A stretch of DNA of 64,000 nt, taken from an uncultured Nitrososphaeraceae archaeon. GTDB lineage: Archaea; Thermoproteota; Nitrososphaeria; Nitrososphaerales; Nitrososphaeraceae. The position numbers were made by a program, and so were the translations under genes. Positions 1 through 11,899 of the stretch are shown here, in pieces (within the stretch, counting starts at the first letter, position 1; every line of letters starts with the position of its first letter). The DNA is taken from contig CAVSMN010000017.1 of the NCBI GenBank assembly GCA_963729045.1, positions 1 to 64,000 on the forward strand, given 5' to 3'. Below the pieces are notes generated by a model. It worked only from the letters and a program-made list of their open reading frames with translations. It made no database searches and was not told where the DNA came from.

Positions 1-860
1 TGTATCCATCGGTGACTGGTTTGTAACTTCAACAATAGCTTTGAAAGTTCCTTTTGAATTAGATGGCGGCTGATTGTTTCCATTAGAACATATTTCAAAT
101 CCATCATTGTATCCGCTCATGAATTCTGGTGTGTGAAAGGTGGGACCCTTGCCTGCTTGATTTATGTATCTCTCAGAAGGATCATCTATTTTTGCATCAG
201 AACAACCATGGGTATATCCCGAATTGTAAGCAAGAGTATTCGATCCACCGTTCTCCACCATCATCTACTTTGCAGTCTGCAAGGTTAGGAATTGTCTTGC
301 ACACATCTTTCTTTATATCCGCATGTTTTCATGTCAGGTCTAAAAATCATCCCAGATGGACAGCCCTCGGAATCTGAGGGAATACAGCGTCCTGTTTCAT
401 CATCATCCACACTATGATATCCACCAGGACAACCATCATGTTGTGGAAAACACTGACCATCCTCATTCATATTAAAGCCTTCAGGACAATTACCATTTTC
501 ATCAGGAGCACATTTGGGTAATGATGGGTCAAACAAACAATCCCCATCAGGTTGTGAATAAGAAGATCGACTCAGTGTATTTGAACCGCCGGCTATGTTT
601 TGTTCATCATTTATAATATTCGGAACTATTTTCTTCAGAACCAGTTTCTGATATAGATTGCTCATTTGAACTTTCAGTGATCTCTTCTTGAGAAGTCTGT
701 GGAATAGATTGAATTTCGTTTTCTGTTGACGAATCACTTTCATTTAATTGTCCATACGCATTCCAGCTTGAAGTGGCAGAGCCCCAAGAACAAAAGTAGA
801 TATAATTGTGAAAATTGCAAGAATAGTGAAAGCATCTTGTATTTTTTTTCTATTTACACT
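1..860 (-). pseudogene. Frameshifted secreted Cys-rich protein; runs off the window start
   Basis: Signal-like segment AFTILAIFTIISTFVLGALP near 770-840; ORF 285..743 has CLFDPSLPKC/CPEGF/CPGGYHSVDDDETGRC; another frame continues SGYTHGCSDA..RYINQ..KGPTFHTPEFMSGY. Confidence 0.6.
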
Positions 861-1259
861 GCTGAATTTAATATAATGGTATCGGTTGATGCTTTTTATC
901 AATATATAATATATATAATTGCAATTCTAAAAGGTTTTCTTATAGTAAATTTCAAGAAAAGGGGTTTATAGTTGAATCGTTGTTAGCAAATATATTTAAT
1001 TGAAATTGATACAAAGATAGGGGTTATGAGATCTTAGGGAAAGTAACATTTGTATTGAATGCTAGTAATCCATCTTTACCAAGTTAGATACTATTCGGAT
1101 AGGGGTAATTTTTCTTACAGCTAACCTAATCGGTTTGCAGGATAACTGGAAAAAACATTCAGATACAACCTCATACAAATAGTATCCAGTCAAATTGGGG
1201 ACGCACTGTTACTAAGGAAAGTCACCTTTTCAGATTCACATTTGTTCGTTTACCTAATT

Positions 1260-1571
1260 TCACAAGTTTTTCTCTAGATCATTTAGGTGAGTCTGTATGT
1301 CATCTAATTGTTCTTTCATTTCTTGCTTTAACTTGAATAACTTCAACTCTAAATAGATGTCTTCTTTCTTATCCTGCAATAATACCTTGTCGCTTTCAGT
1401 TAAAGGTAGGATTGATGATTTTTCATATAATGACAATCTCTCAAAATACGTCTGATAAATGTCGTCAGCACTTTTATCTTTTTCACAAATCCTGGCTTTC
1501 AGTTCATTATCTAGATCCAAAAGTTTATCGACAAATGCATGACTAGATTCTAAGAATGCTGACTCAGACAT
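1260..1571 (-). CDS. Hypothetical coiled-coil protein (103 aa)
   Basis: Clean ORF with TTATAAA about 25 nt upstream of the ATG. Confidence 0.6.
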   Translation of the reverse strand: MSESAFLESSHAFVDKLLDLDNELKARICEKDKSADDIYQTYFERLSLYEKSSILPLTESDKVLLQDKKEDIYLELKLFKLKQEMKEQLDDIQTHLNDLEKNL

Positions 1572-1718
1572 TCACAAGTTAAATCTACTATAACATTTAT
1601 AATCTTTTTTTGATCATAAGGTCGTCTACGCAATAAATCTTAGGAGGGGTAAGATAACTTTTTACAAATCATTCTGGACATGATGCTAGTGGCTGGTCCA
1701 ATAGAACGCCCGGGACGC

Positions 1719-1964
1719 TCAACAACCCACAAGCATGCTGCCACAATATGGACAATAGAGGATGTTTTCTAAAATAGGATAACCAAATCCATCAACAATG
1801 CAGTAGAATTTATCATCGGTAAATGACGACGTCTGCTCGGTGATTTTACTATTGCATCTGGACGTAAAAAACTCTCTACAACAAAAGTAGTCCTTATCAT
1901 TATCACTTTGTTGCCCTTCCTCAGCAGCAGTAACACCTTCAATAACCATAATAATCCTCACCAT
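1719..1964 (-). CDS. Small Cys-rich putative Zn-binding protein
   Basis: FCC..F...YCPYCG; similar to the C-terminus of 33634..33996. Confidence 0.55.
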   Translation of the reverse strand: MVRIIMVIEGVTAAEEGQQSDNDKDYFCCREFFTSRCNSKITEQTSSFTDDKFYCIVDGFGYPILENILYCPYCGSMLVGC

Positions 1965-2767
1965 AACTATACATGCCGCTAATGATTTCGTCTAGAATTA
2001 CAGTTAATCCAAAACACTTGCCATTATCAGAGCTAGTCCCCATTTCCTATGTAATAGAATTGTTTTCTGTAACTATGCTATATAGTTTTATCAGAGAATA
2101 GGCTATTAGAAAATTGTTAAAAGAGTACATGTAGACTGATGCCTGCGAATCCCAATGCTTTTTTCGTTTCTCAAGTTTATATCCATTCTAGTTTGTAAAA
2201 CCTATGGTGATTAGAAATGACGCAAATGACGCAAATATCGAGTCCTTGTCTCAAGCATTTGAGAATAAAATGGCTGTCATGGATTGGTCTAATACGAAGA
2301 CGAGAGAAATATACAATCCTGAAACAAATTGTCAAAAAGGACGGATAAGAAACTTGGATCATCATCAAAATCTACGATTTATCAAGGGATTAAAAAATAT
2401 CGTCATTCCTGTCATTCCCGTCATCGTCAATTAATAGGATAGATTCATTCTAGATAACTTTTATCTTCTGAGATCAAATTTAGATGAACCGGGTTGGTAA
2501 CAGTGTATAACAATGACAGAGTCAGAATAACATTTAGGAATTAGGTAGTCAATATACTTAGGGCTGAGGCTAAAAGGTTAAGCGGACAGACTCGGAATGA
2601 ATTCCCCATGTTCGACAATTTTTATTTAGTTCGAGTATAGGCCTAGCAAACAACACGGCGGCCGAAGGAATAACACATATAATCCTAACTAAAAGCTCAA
2701 AAGTATCCAATTCTATCCAAGGTGAAGAATTTATATTGTATATCATCAATGTGATTTTAAATGCAAT

Positions 2768-3889
2768 TTACAATATTCTAGAAGAATCGGTGGGTGAGTA
2801 ATGTCTGACAAAGACAGAACTAGATATCCATCCTTGCAACAGGTCTATGATCTCGGATTCAACCCCTTCATTTCTGAGATAGGTCGCAAAGACTTTTCTG
2901 CTGAAATACATATTCATATCCAATCCTTTTCTTTTCAACATGAGTTTTAAGGCATTGTAACTAGTATTCACAGGACAGTTTTTTGCTAATTCAATTAGTG
3001 ATTTGTCTGCTACTGAGATGAAAACCTTCTTAGTTCTTCGAATGAACTCACTAGGAAACTTATAATGTTCAAGTATTCCTTTATCTATATTCCAATAGTT
3101 TTCTATATTAGTATGTAGGAGCCCAATGCAGGCGAATACTTCAATAGGTCTCAATCCTGTAAGTGTATTAAATATAAACAGATTGGCTTGGGGTTCTGCT
3201 ATTTCTGAAATTACACCTTTTATCCACTTTAACATTTCTGAATAACTTGTTTCATTGACAATTTTGTTAAATATAGATAAGGAATTATCTCCAGTGGACC
3301 ATAATAGATTGTATTTCTTGATAGTTTGTTTCCATAGGTCATGCCGCCCACTGAACTTTGACAATGATGACAAAGCCTTCATTATGTGCAACCTTTTGTT
3401 AGGGAAATTGTTAGCAGTTCATTAATAGTATTATCATCAAACAGATACTTACAATATTTGAAGGAGTAGTTAAATCAATCCTTAGCAGTGGTTCTTGTTC
3501 CTATTCTTCGTAATATGTTCTATATCTATTCCAAAAGTTTTCGTCTGATACATCTATGTTACCAATATTCTTACCGTTACCAAGGAGCTTTCACATGGCG
3601 GGGGTCGTTGGTTTCAAATCTGACCCGGTCCATATAGATTTTGTTGGTTTTTACTATCATTAGTGAAATTATTTGAAATAATTAATTCGTTATTTGTATT
3701 ATCGGTATCAGCCGGAGTATTTAGAGATGGGTATAAGGTAGTGAAATCAGTATACTGTTTTTGAAAGTTGATAGAATAATAAATATCACAAGCGATACGA
3801 TATAGACCTACTTTCTTGAAAGATTCTTTGGCACCCACTCTGATATAATTAGAGTTTAAGCCTTTGTGACAGATAGAACACTTTGTCAA
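2768..3889 (-). pseudogene. Tyrosine recombinase/integrase (thaumarchaeal, att-in-gene type), degenerate
   Basis: C-terminal ORF has GLRP, FSRKVFATYLR, LLQG and VFVRHY motifs and KRLHIMKALSSLSKF; stops and frameshifts in 3392-3613; N-terminal CxxC ORF 3614..3889; tRNA fragment inside. Confidence 0.85.
3590..3632 (+). mobile_element. att site: 3' half of tRNA-Val (anticodon loop to discriminator), not a full tRNA
   Basis: TT-CAC-AT GGCGG GGGTC GTTGG TTTCAAAT CTGAC CCGGTCC A = anticodon loop, variable loop, T arm (one extra T) and acceptor 3' strand; no 5' half upstream. Confidence 0.85.
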
Positions 3890-4292
3890 TTAATTTAGAA
3901 TTATCATTAGAAGATAAGAAGGATTTTTGATCTATTCCATCTCTGTTTCGATTGATGAAGGGTTGGGAGGAGCGACACTATCCGAACGCTGTCAAGGTTA
4001 ACATTTTTCTCCCAACAATGTTCCAGTCGGGTCTTGCTTCTCTAGTTTTCCACGCTTCTTATGCAAGACTTGATATTCTACCAAATCTCATCTAACAATT
4101 CAGGATTTCTCGAATATTTGATGAGTATCCATTTTGCGAACATGAAACCCATATGTGTTTTGATCAGATGCCCGGATTACCAATTGTCAAAATATCTCTA
4201 ATCTTGTTTGCAGAACCTGATATGACCGGTATGAATCCCCAGCATCATTTAGGTCAAAGAAATAATATTAGTCATCAAATTGATACATAGTC

Positions 4293-4544
4293 ATGAATAT
4301 AATTGAAAGTGAATCGCAGTATTTGGTAGAGACAAGAACTTGTGGATGTAAGGAAAGAGGAAAAAGTGTTTCATACCATTTTATTGAATCTGCACACAGT
4401 CTTTGTTTAGGGAAAGGCGAATTAATGTTGGCTCAGATTCAAGCTTGTGAAAGATTGCTGAAATATACAAAGGATGACCAAGAGATTGTCATAAAAGATG
4501 AGATTGTCAAATTGAAGTTAGTATTAGACTTGATACGATACTAA
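4293..4544 (+). CDS. Conserved small protein, paralog family A (TCGC...SHSLCL...QIQACERLLKY)
   Basis: Close paralogs at 25469..25726 and 36483..36776. Confidence 0.8.
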   Translation: MNIIESESQYLVETRTCGCKERGKSVSYHFIESAHSLCLGKGELMLAQIQACERLLKYTKDDQEIVIKDEIVKLKLVLDLIRY

Positions 4545-4706
4545 ATAACAAACAAAATATAATTAATTAATCGTTGGACACTACTTTAAACAATTATTGA
4601 TTCGCCTTCTTATACACAATTTTCAATTCACTAACCTAAAGGTAAATTCTAAATTTAGTAATCTAATTTGTCTTTATCAATTCTATAAAACACTTAATTA
4701 TATAAA

Positions 4707-5229
4707 TTGGGTTCTCCTGTGAAAATTGAATCTAAATTGACAATTCTATCAGTTTTGTTGGTAATAGTTGCATTCGGACCAATGAATTTTTCAAAGGTTG
4801 AAACTGTCTTAACTCAAAATGGTAATTCTTTGGGCCAAGAAGGAGAGGGTAATGCTGCCTCTCAAAGTGATTCAAGTTCACAATCCACTAATCAAAATAG
4901 TCTCTGTGTTTTCTGGAGAAAGCACATCCTTAAGTTGTAACAACTTAGCATCTGAAAGTATTGGTGCATCAATCCCTGGAGAGCAAGGCCCAGCAGGACC
5001 GCAGGGACCTAAAGGAGACACCGGGCTTCAAGGTCTAAAGGGGGACAAAGGGACAAAGGGGACAAAGGGGACAAAGGAGATACTCGGAGCCGCTGGGCCA
5101 ATGGGTAATCCTGGTCCTCAAGGGCCTCAAGGAGCCGTCGGGCCAGTAGGGCCTCAAGGTTCTCAAGGTGAAACCGGGCCTCAAGGATTACCAGGGCTTC
5201 AATCTATCAAAGGCGATACAAGTGATTAG
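4707..5229 (+). pseudogene. Secreted collagen-like (Gly-X-Y) protein, frameshifted
   Basis: Signal peptide and SQ-rich linker in 4707..4940; GPQ/GDK triplets in 4819..5229; indels near 4910 and 5050-5086. Confidence 0.75.
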
Positions 5230-5592
5230 ATAAGAGAAGATATATTATTTCCCTCTAAGCATATCCTTTTAAAATCTCTATATCAAAGTAATAAACCAGG
5301 TCAACAGACAACCATAAAAAAATTAATAAATTTATCTCCTTTTTGTTCATATATCAGAAATCTTGTTACTGACTTAGTTACCTTTTTCCTTTCTTATATT
5401 ATTCTTTAGGGATTACAAATGTATGATACCAAAAGATATAGCTATTTTTTCTAATTCTTGAGAAAGATGAATCGTTAGCAGGTTATTGGACCCCAAAACG
5501 GAACCATGGATGATTAGACGATTCTACGAAGTTATATACAGGGACAAAGCCATAAACAACATACTTATTAGTAACGGTGGCCACTATTCTTC

Positions 5593-6512
5593 ATGAAATC
5601 AAATATAGCGCAGTATTCTTTGGTAGCCGCCGCTGCTATCCTTTTTTGTACTCTTTTCTCGAACCTTGCATACTCGCAGGTTGCAGACTATGAGTTGCAA
5701 GAAATTAAGCCCGGCGTATATGTGATATCTGCAAGCGGATACAACTCTATGTTCTTGGTGACCCAGGAGGGAGTCGTTGTGGTTGACGCACCGCCAGCGA
5801 TAGGTGACAAAATATTTGCAGCAGTGTCGAATGTCACAGATAAGCCTATCACTCACCTGATATACAGTCACGGTCACAAAGACCACATAGGTGCTGCCAA
5901 CATATTTGAAAACGTCACAATAATCGCTCATAACGAAACTGCTAAAATTCTGAATGAAAGAAAGGACACGAATAGACCGGTGCCGGATATGAATTTCACT
6001 AAGGAGATGAACTTACCAATAGGCGGCCAAGTTCTCCAACTCCTGTATCCTGGCCCATACCACCAACAGGGTAACATATTTGTTTATCTCCCTGAACAAA
6101 AAGTTCTGATGGCAGTAGACCACGTTGTGCCTGGCGGTGTCCCGTGGAAACACCTTAGTGTTACTCCCGACGTACCAGCCTTTGTCAAATCGATTGACCA
6201 AGCACTGGCTTTGGACTTTGACGTTTTCGTGGGGGGACATGGCCAGCCTGGGGCAAAGCAAGATATCTTATTACAACAAGAGTAATAAACGACCTGCGCG
6301 AAAACGCGATCGCAGCATTAAGTGAAGTTAATTACACACAGGTTACTCAAGACATAAATGGTAGTAACGCTATGACTGAGGCGTATTTTAACACCCTTAC
6401 AAAATCATGCTCCGATAAAATAGATGCAGAATGGCAGGATAAACTGGAGGGGGTAGGTGTATGGACAGATGAGCACTGCGAAAGGATGATAATTAGTGAA
6501 AGAGTTGATTAA
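5593..6512 (+). CDS. Secreted MBL-fold metallo-hydrolase, one frameshift near 6284
   Basis: SHGHKDH motif and GGHG; the shifted frame continues INDLRENAIAALSEVNY... to TAA at 6510-6512. Confidence 0.8.
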
Positions 6513-6955
6513 CTTCCTCTTCTTCTCAACCATTCTATTCGTCACATTTGGTAAAGTGCCAAACGTGAGTCCTACTAGACGTCAAATTGTATCAAGTTCC
6601 TTTCCTGAAATCACCTGAGGACTCCTATTTGGTCCTAGGTTGAGCAAGGTACAGATTGATTTTGATTTAGATATTAAAAGTTTGAGGTTTGTTGTTGGGC
6701 TTATCCCATAATAACCCCTGAAGATAAAATGATAACCGATAAAAATAAAATCAATCCTAAGATTGTAAAGGATCCAAATACCTATGAAGATTTCATGATT
6801 TTAAATTAGCAAGAATTGATAGATTACTTCAAAAACCGATTCATTTTTCTGAATTGAGAGATATAATGAATGGTACCTGGAAAATTTGATACGCGTGGTA
6901 ATATAACCATACTTAAACCTATGATCATAAAATGAATAGTTTGACAGAATCTTGT

Positions 6956-7521
6956 CTAAAAGTGTTTCATATTTTTATAACTACAGGATGATGATTCAAT
7001 AATCTTTGTTTTTGCTCTTCTGATAATCTATTAAAATCTTTTTTATGGAACAAGCATAGCCTCTTTAAATCCATATTGTATTTGGATGGTAGTGACAACT
7101 CGTAATTTACAAGTTCTTCTACACGATGTTTATAAGGAAAGGCACCCTTATTCCTATGAATGATACACCAGATTTTCCAATCGTCTTAGCATAGTCTACT
7201 AACTTTTTATTAGAATAGTAATCAGATTCTAAAAATCGCTACCGAAATATTTTTTTAACGAATCGACAATTATTAATGATTTTTTGTCCTTTTCCCATTT
7301 TTCTACATCTATAGAAAAATGCCCTTCCGAAAGGGATTTTTTCACAGAATCTTCAGTTTCATAGAACGGTGCCAGTTGAATAACTTCGTTTCTTCCTCAA
7401 TCCTTTTTTTTACATAATAAGAATAAAACTCTCTAAGTTTCTCCAAGTCCTCATAAACAACCAATGTATGAGTTCCATAATCTAATTCTGAAATAGTATT
7501 AGCAGCATTTTCTATATCCAT
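6956..7521 (-). pseudogene. MEDS-like sensory domain protein, frameshifted
   Basis: Manual translation MDIENAANTISELDYGTHTLVVYEDLEKLREFYSYYVKK...IQLAPFYETEDSV; resembles thaumarchaeal MEDS proteins; 3' end approximate. Confidence 0.55.
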
Positions 7522-8163
7522 TGATAGAATTTTATCTTTAACAGGAATATAGAAACACCATAATATTATTTATATAGTATACTTTAATAGCATGTTAATA
7601 TTCTAAGTCATTCCTTTGTGTTAATACATGAGTATTTCGATTCTAAATAATTGTTCGTAATTATTTAGGATAAGGATTATTCTTCAGCAAATCAGTCATA
7701 AAGGTCAAGTTTAGAGCAACTATCGTTGCCGTTGATGTATAACTATCTTCGAAATACATCGAAATATCTTCTTTATTCTTATCCCTTTTCTTTGCTAGTC
7801 CTGACCATAATACAGTCAAGATTTCCAAAGGGCGAAAAGAAATACGCCAAATTACCTATAGCGTGTCCTACTCTATCTGAGTCACCCGTTACTACTGCTC
7901 TCTTGCCTGTTATTTTGATTTTCCAGTATCCATGATTTCATCGTGTAATTCATCCAGCCGCTCTCTTCCCCCTTTATGTAAGCGATGATTGAATTCCGGA
8001 TCAAATAGGTGTCGCAACAATAATTATATCTGCAGCCAAAACTACAAAATTAACTTCTTAGTCACCTTCCATCATGTTTATCAGAAATAAAGCCCTACAA
8101 ATTTAGATATAGTTTAAGCAAGAAACCATAAGCCTATATTGTGGATTATACCCACATTTGAGG

Positions 8164-8186
8164 AACACCCGATCCGACCCATATAG
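8164..8186 (+). repeat. Degenerate tRNA-Val-3' att-like site
   Basis: ccgatccgaccca-tatag versus ccgacccggccca; flanks resemble those at 38173 and 3633. Confidence 0.4.
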
Positions 8187-8821
8187 AAATTACATTATCT
8201 TACTAGATTTGTTCAAATAACTACATAAAAATAAATTAAGAGTATTGACATTTAAGATACAGATCATGTGATTGCAAAAATCTATACTTTAATCCCATAT
8301 TTCTCTCCTTTTTATTAATAAGGATTTGTTGGTTTTAAAACAAGGGTAGGATTTGCTTTTAGGGTACCGGAAAGAGCCTGCGTAATTGCTGTGATTCCTG
8401 TTATTATCTTAGTACATTGATAGATTTAGAATATCAAATGCCGCCGCTTAATAGGCGGCTACAATGATATTGTTGTTTTCGATTAAATCTAGTTAATTTT
8501 TTTAGATATTATCTCTCTTCATATTATTTTATGAGAATTCTCATACTACTTTTTGTCAAATCTCGGTAACTGTTTATGCTTATCGACTAAAATAAAATTA
8601 TAATTCCATGTGAATATTAATGAACTTTATCAACTAAGCCAATACAATCCACAAAAAATTCGTTTTTAATGTGAAAGTAAATAGCACTTGAGCTCCTACT
8701 GCCATAAGAAAATTCTCTCAACGGCTGAAATGTTATAATAACAACATGCAAATTCTGTTTTTGTTTTGGTAGCTTTAATATCTACAAATACTTCATTTCC
8801 AAAAAGTCCTTTTTATTGTTG

Positions 8822-9796
8822 TTATTTCATACCCATATCCATATCCATATTTTTTGTAATACTATTATTACCAAAATTAGGAGCAGGAGTTGTCATTCTA
8901 TTATCTGACAGATGATTTTTAGACATTAGGTTACTACTATTAAAATCATTAATCGATATAATTCCTAATGTGGTCGTCAATCCTATTACAATGAAAATGA
9001 TTCCCGCTATCTTTGAAACATAGATTCCTTTGGACCATACTTTTTCTGCAAATATTATTCCAGCAAACAGCCCCATCCATAGAATATTCATCCACCCGAT
9101 TGCAACCATCAATAGAAAGTATGGCCAGCAGCATCCAAGACAATATAGTCCATGATATATACCCATTTTAATAGCACCATCCGTCCCACTTTTCCACCGC
9201 CTCATAAAAAAGCTTAAAGGAGATTCACAATATCTGATACATGTTCTCTTCAAAGGAGTAAATTGATAAGCGCCGGAAATAAGCAATAAAATTCCATAAA
9301 CAATATCTGTTTGCTTTTTTTCAATTCCCATAACAGTCCATACGTGCATGGGTATTGAACAAACCAATAGAAGCAGTACTCCGATTGCTGTCCATACTAT
9401 AATATAACATCCTGTAAATATTGATATTTTGATGACGTATGGCATGATGAAAAAGGTCTTTCTATTCCATATCGCGTTCATCTTATTGTAACATTTTGAA
9501 GCAAATGATGTTTGAACGTCATTTTCCTTTTTGATTGTGTTTCTGCTGCCATTAACATTACCATTATCGAGTTCGTTTTTTTTAATTAACCTACCATAGA
9601 ATAGAATCATAGGAGAGATGGATGGAAACATCATGGCAGCCATCCCAGCTGTCCAACTGGCTGTAAACAACGCAATTGCGGTTGGATCATATGTCATCAT
9701 TGCATACATCATGTCCGGCTGATCTTTTGATATAATCCATGACAATGAAGCGATAAAAATTAATGAAAAGAGAAGAAGTGCTTGCAGCCTATTCAT
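8822..9796 (-). CDS. DUF2182 predicted metal-binding integral membrane protein
   Basis: AAMMFPS, YQFTPLK..C...C and YCLGCCWP motifs; adjacent to DUF1326. Confidence 0.9.
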   Translation of the reverse strand: MNRLQALLLFSLIFIASLSWIISKDQPDMMYAMMTYDPTAIALFTASWTAGMAAMMFPSISPMILFYGRLIKKNELDNGNVNGSRNTIKKENDVQTSFASKCYNKMNAIWNRKTFFIMPYVIKISIFTGCYIIVWTAIGVLLLLVCSIPMHVWTVMGIEKKQTDIVYGILLLISGAYQFTPLKRTCIRYCESPLSFFMRRWKSGTDGAIKMGIYHGLYCLGCCWPYFLLMVAIGWMNILWMGLFAGIIFAEKVWSKGIYVSKIAGIIFIVIGLTTTLGIISINDFNSSNLMSKNHLSDNRMTTPAPNFGNNSITKNMDMDMGMK

Positions 9797-9861
9797 GATA
9801 TGTCAACGGATATAATTACCAAAATGACATTATGTTATTAAATTGAGCCAATCAGATGCAT

Positions 9862-10482
9862 TTAAGAGGAATATTTGAATTTGCAATAAAAACCATTTTT
9901 GCCTGAATTATCCCATTTCATTCCGTGATCATTGAATGAATATTTGCTTGAGGTTGCTACCACGAGGTTTGAACCAGGTGCAGCAGAGAAGGATGGATTG
10001 ACCACTAATGCTTCTTGGTTTGGGTCAGCACCTTCTGTTCCTTGTATTTGAAGATCTAATAAATTCTGGATATGAAGCCACCGTCGTCTTCCTTCCATAC
10101 CAAATTCAATGGGGACGGACTTTACACCCAACATCTTTTCAATTAAGTTGGCCGCCGCAGCAAAAAAACCTCCGGCTTGGCCTGAATATATTGTCACTAA
10201 TGAATCTGTTTGTTCTTTTGTTGCTTTCTCATCGATATATAACGCAGCAGTCCATTTTGGGCCCGTAATCATATTTCCGGGCGTATGAAATAATGCTACA
10301 ACATTGATACCATCAAGACTAACCTTGTCGTCATAAATTCCATTTTGAATATGCCACGCCACAGTTACATTGCAATGGCCTTCGTCCGGATCTCCTTTAA
10401 ATATGCAAGGACATATTGAGTCACAATTACAGCCTTCAAAGTAGTCGCCTTCCAGCTTCCACTTTATATTTGTTGCTGTCAT
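9862..10482 (-). CDS. DUF1326 domain protein
   Basis: W.LEGDYFEGCNCDSICPC N-terminus; canonical pair with DUF2182. Confidence 0.9.
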   Translation of the reverse strand: MTATNIKWKLEGDYFEGCNCDSICPCIFKGDPDEGHCNVTVAWHIQNGIYDDKVSLDGINVVALFHTPGNMITGPKWTAALYIDEKATKEQTDSLVTIYSGQAGGFFAAAANLIEKMLGVKSVPIEFGMEGRRRWLHIQNLLDLQIQGTEGADPNQEALVVNPSFSAAPGSNLVVATSSKYSFNDHGMKWDNSGKNGFYCKFKYSS

Positions 10483-10569
10483 ATATGATAAAGACTAGGA
10501 GTTGTATAAATAAACTTTGATAACAGATTCGGTTGCCTACAATAATTTATCACATTGAAGACAGTATTG

Positions 10570-10607
10570 AGAACCTCATTACCATGAGGAACCTAATCCC
10601 CAAGGAT
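10570..10607 (+). repeat. Dispersed repeat family 2, copy 1
   Basis: agaacctcattaccatgaggaacctaatccccaaggat, similar to 19127 and 22886. Confidence 0.65.
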
Positions 10608-10784
10608 TTATTCAATAAGAGATAAGATTTGGATTTCAACCAAAGAACATTGTCTCACTACAATTAATTATCCATCGTGTATCAAATATTGGAGCATAGA
10701 ACGAAACGGTTGATTCATAATTTGAATAAGTGGCCAAACCCAGTAGGTCAAGCATGTCATCATAGGTTTAACTAAACTTAGTAG

Positions 10785-11819
10785 CTAGTTTTGCAATAAT
10801 TTATAGAGTTCAAGATTTTCTTTCTTTAGATTTTCAAAACTAATGGGCGGGTAACCTTTGTCATATTTTAGCTGTTCTTTAATTCTTTGTGGATATTTCC
10901 ATCTGACTTTGTTTAACTGATTACACCTATCCAACCAATCAGTTATTATAGAAATCATTTCATGTTCCGACAAGCCTTTGACATTTACGAGATAAGGTAT
11001 CAATATATGCCATAAACAAAAGTGTCTATGATCAGCAATTGGAGTTTCAAGTAGTTTTTCAATCCAAGCTATTTTCTTGTTATTTCCTCTGGGGTCAATA
11101 ATCAAATCTCTTTTTCTTAATTCCTCTGATTCAATCTTGAGTTGTATTAGATGATCTATAAAGAACAATACTAGTGGGTTAGCAATCGCTTCAGTACCGT
11201 CCCATTTTTGAATTATCTTGACACTTTGGTTATACTTTGAATTAATAGTTTCCGGAACTCTAATCAAGCATGAGTTTATCGACGGATTATGTTTTGGATC
11301 TTCTTTACCGTTAGTAAGATATTTAGCTGCAAAACGTATGAACTCAGTTGTTAAATCATTTCTAACATATGGAATGAATTCTTGAATTTCTTTGATGCCT
11401 TCTAATGGTTGTTTTTCATGATCTTTGGTAATTATTTTTATTGGTTGATAAATGTGGTATCCACCGCCAGTCCAAAGAACTGTAGGATAACCGTTAATCT
11501 CTTCTTTTATTTTTCTTAATGTTTGCTTTAAAATATAGTCTAATTTTCTAATTGGATACTTACAAGTATGACATAAAGACAAATCCAAATCTATGAAAAT
11601 GAAACTAGGATGAAGGTTATTTCTATCTAATTCATGATGTATTGGATATGCATTGATCCTACAGTCAATAAAATCAGATATTGTAAAGTAGTTATTCAAC
11701 TCTTCGATACTTTCTACAAATACTTGACCATTAGTCTTTGACGTCATGACAGAACGTGGAAAAAGAAACTCTTGACCCCTAAAATGAGACAAAATAAAGT
11801 GTGTATTGTCTGCCGGCAT
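10785..11819 (-). CDS. Archaeo-eukaryotic primase-polymerase of an integrated element, with PriX-like C-terminal domain
   Basis: AEP motifs IFIDLD, TGGGYHIY and IRVPETINSK; C-terminal DHRHFCLWHILIPYLVNVKG..W. Confidence 0.85.
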   Translation of the reverse strand: MPADNTHFILSHFRGQEFLFPRSVMTSKTNGQVFVESIEELNNYFTISDFIDCRINAYPIHHELDRNNLHPSFIFIDLDLSLCHTCKYPIRKLDYILKQTLRKIKEEINGYPTVLWTGGGYHIYQPIKIITKDHEKQPLEGIKEIQEFIPYVRNDLTTEFIRFAAKYLTNGKEDPKHNPSINSCLIRVPETINSKYNQSVKIIQKWDGTEAIANPLVLFFIDHLIQLKIESEELRKRDLIIDPRGNNKKIAWIEKLLETPIADHRHFCLWHILIPYLVNVKGLSEHEMISIITDWLDRCNQLNKVRWKYPQRIKEQLKYDKGYPPISFENLKKENLELYKLLQN

Positions 11820-11899
11820 ATCTTAAACCTATTATATGTTAAATCTATCTACCAAGTTAACATTACCGTCCTCCGAGCATTTCATATTCTAGAACCTTC

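Noticed and set aside
3590..3632. Functional tRNA-Val gene
   Set aside because: The acceptor 5' strand, D arm and anticodon 5' stem are missing.
8440..8459. GCCGCC-N8-GGCGGC hairpin as a terminator
   Set aside because: There is no adjacent gene end or U-tract, and it lies in what looks like decayed coding sequence.
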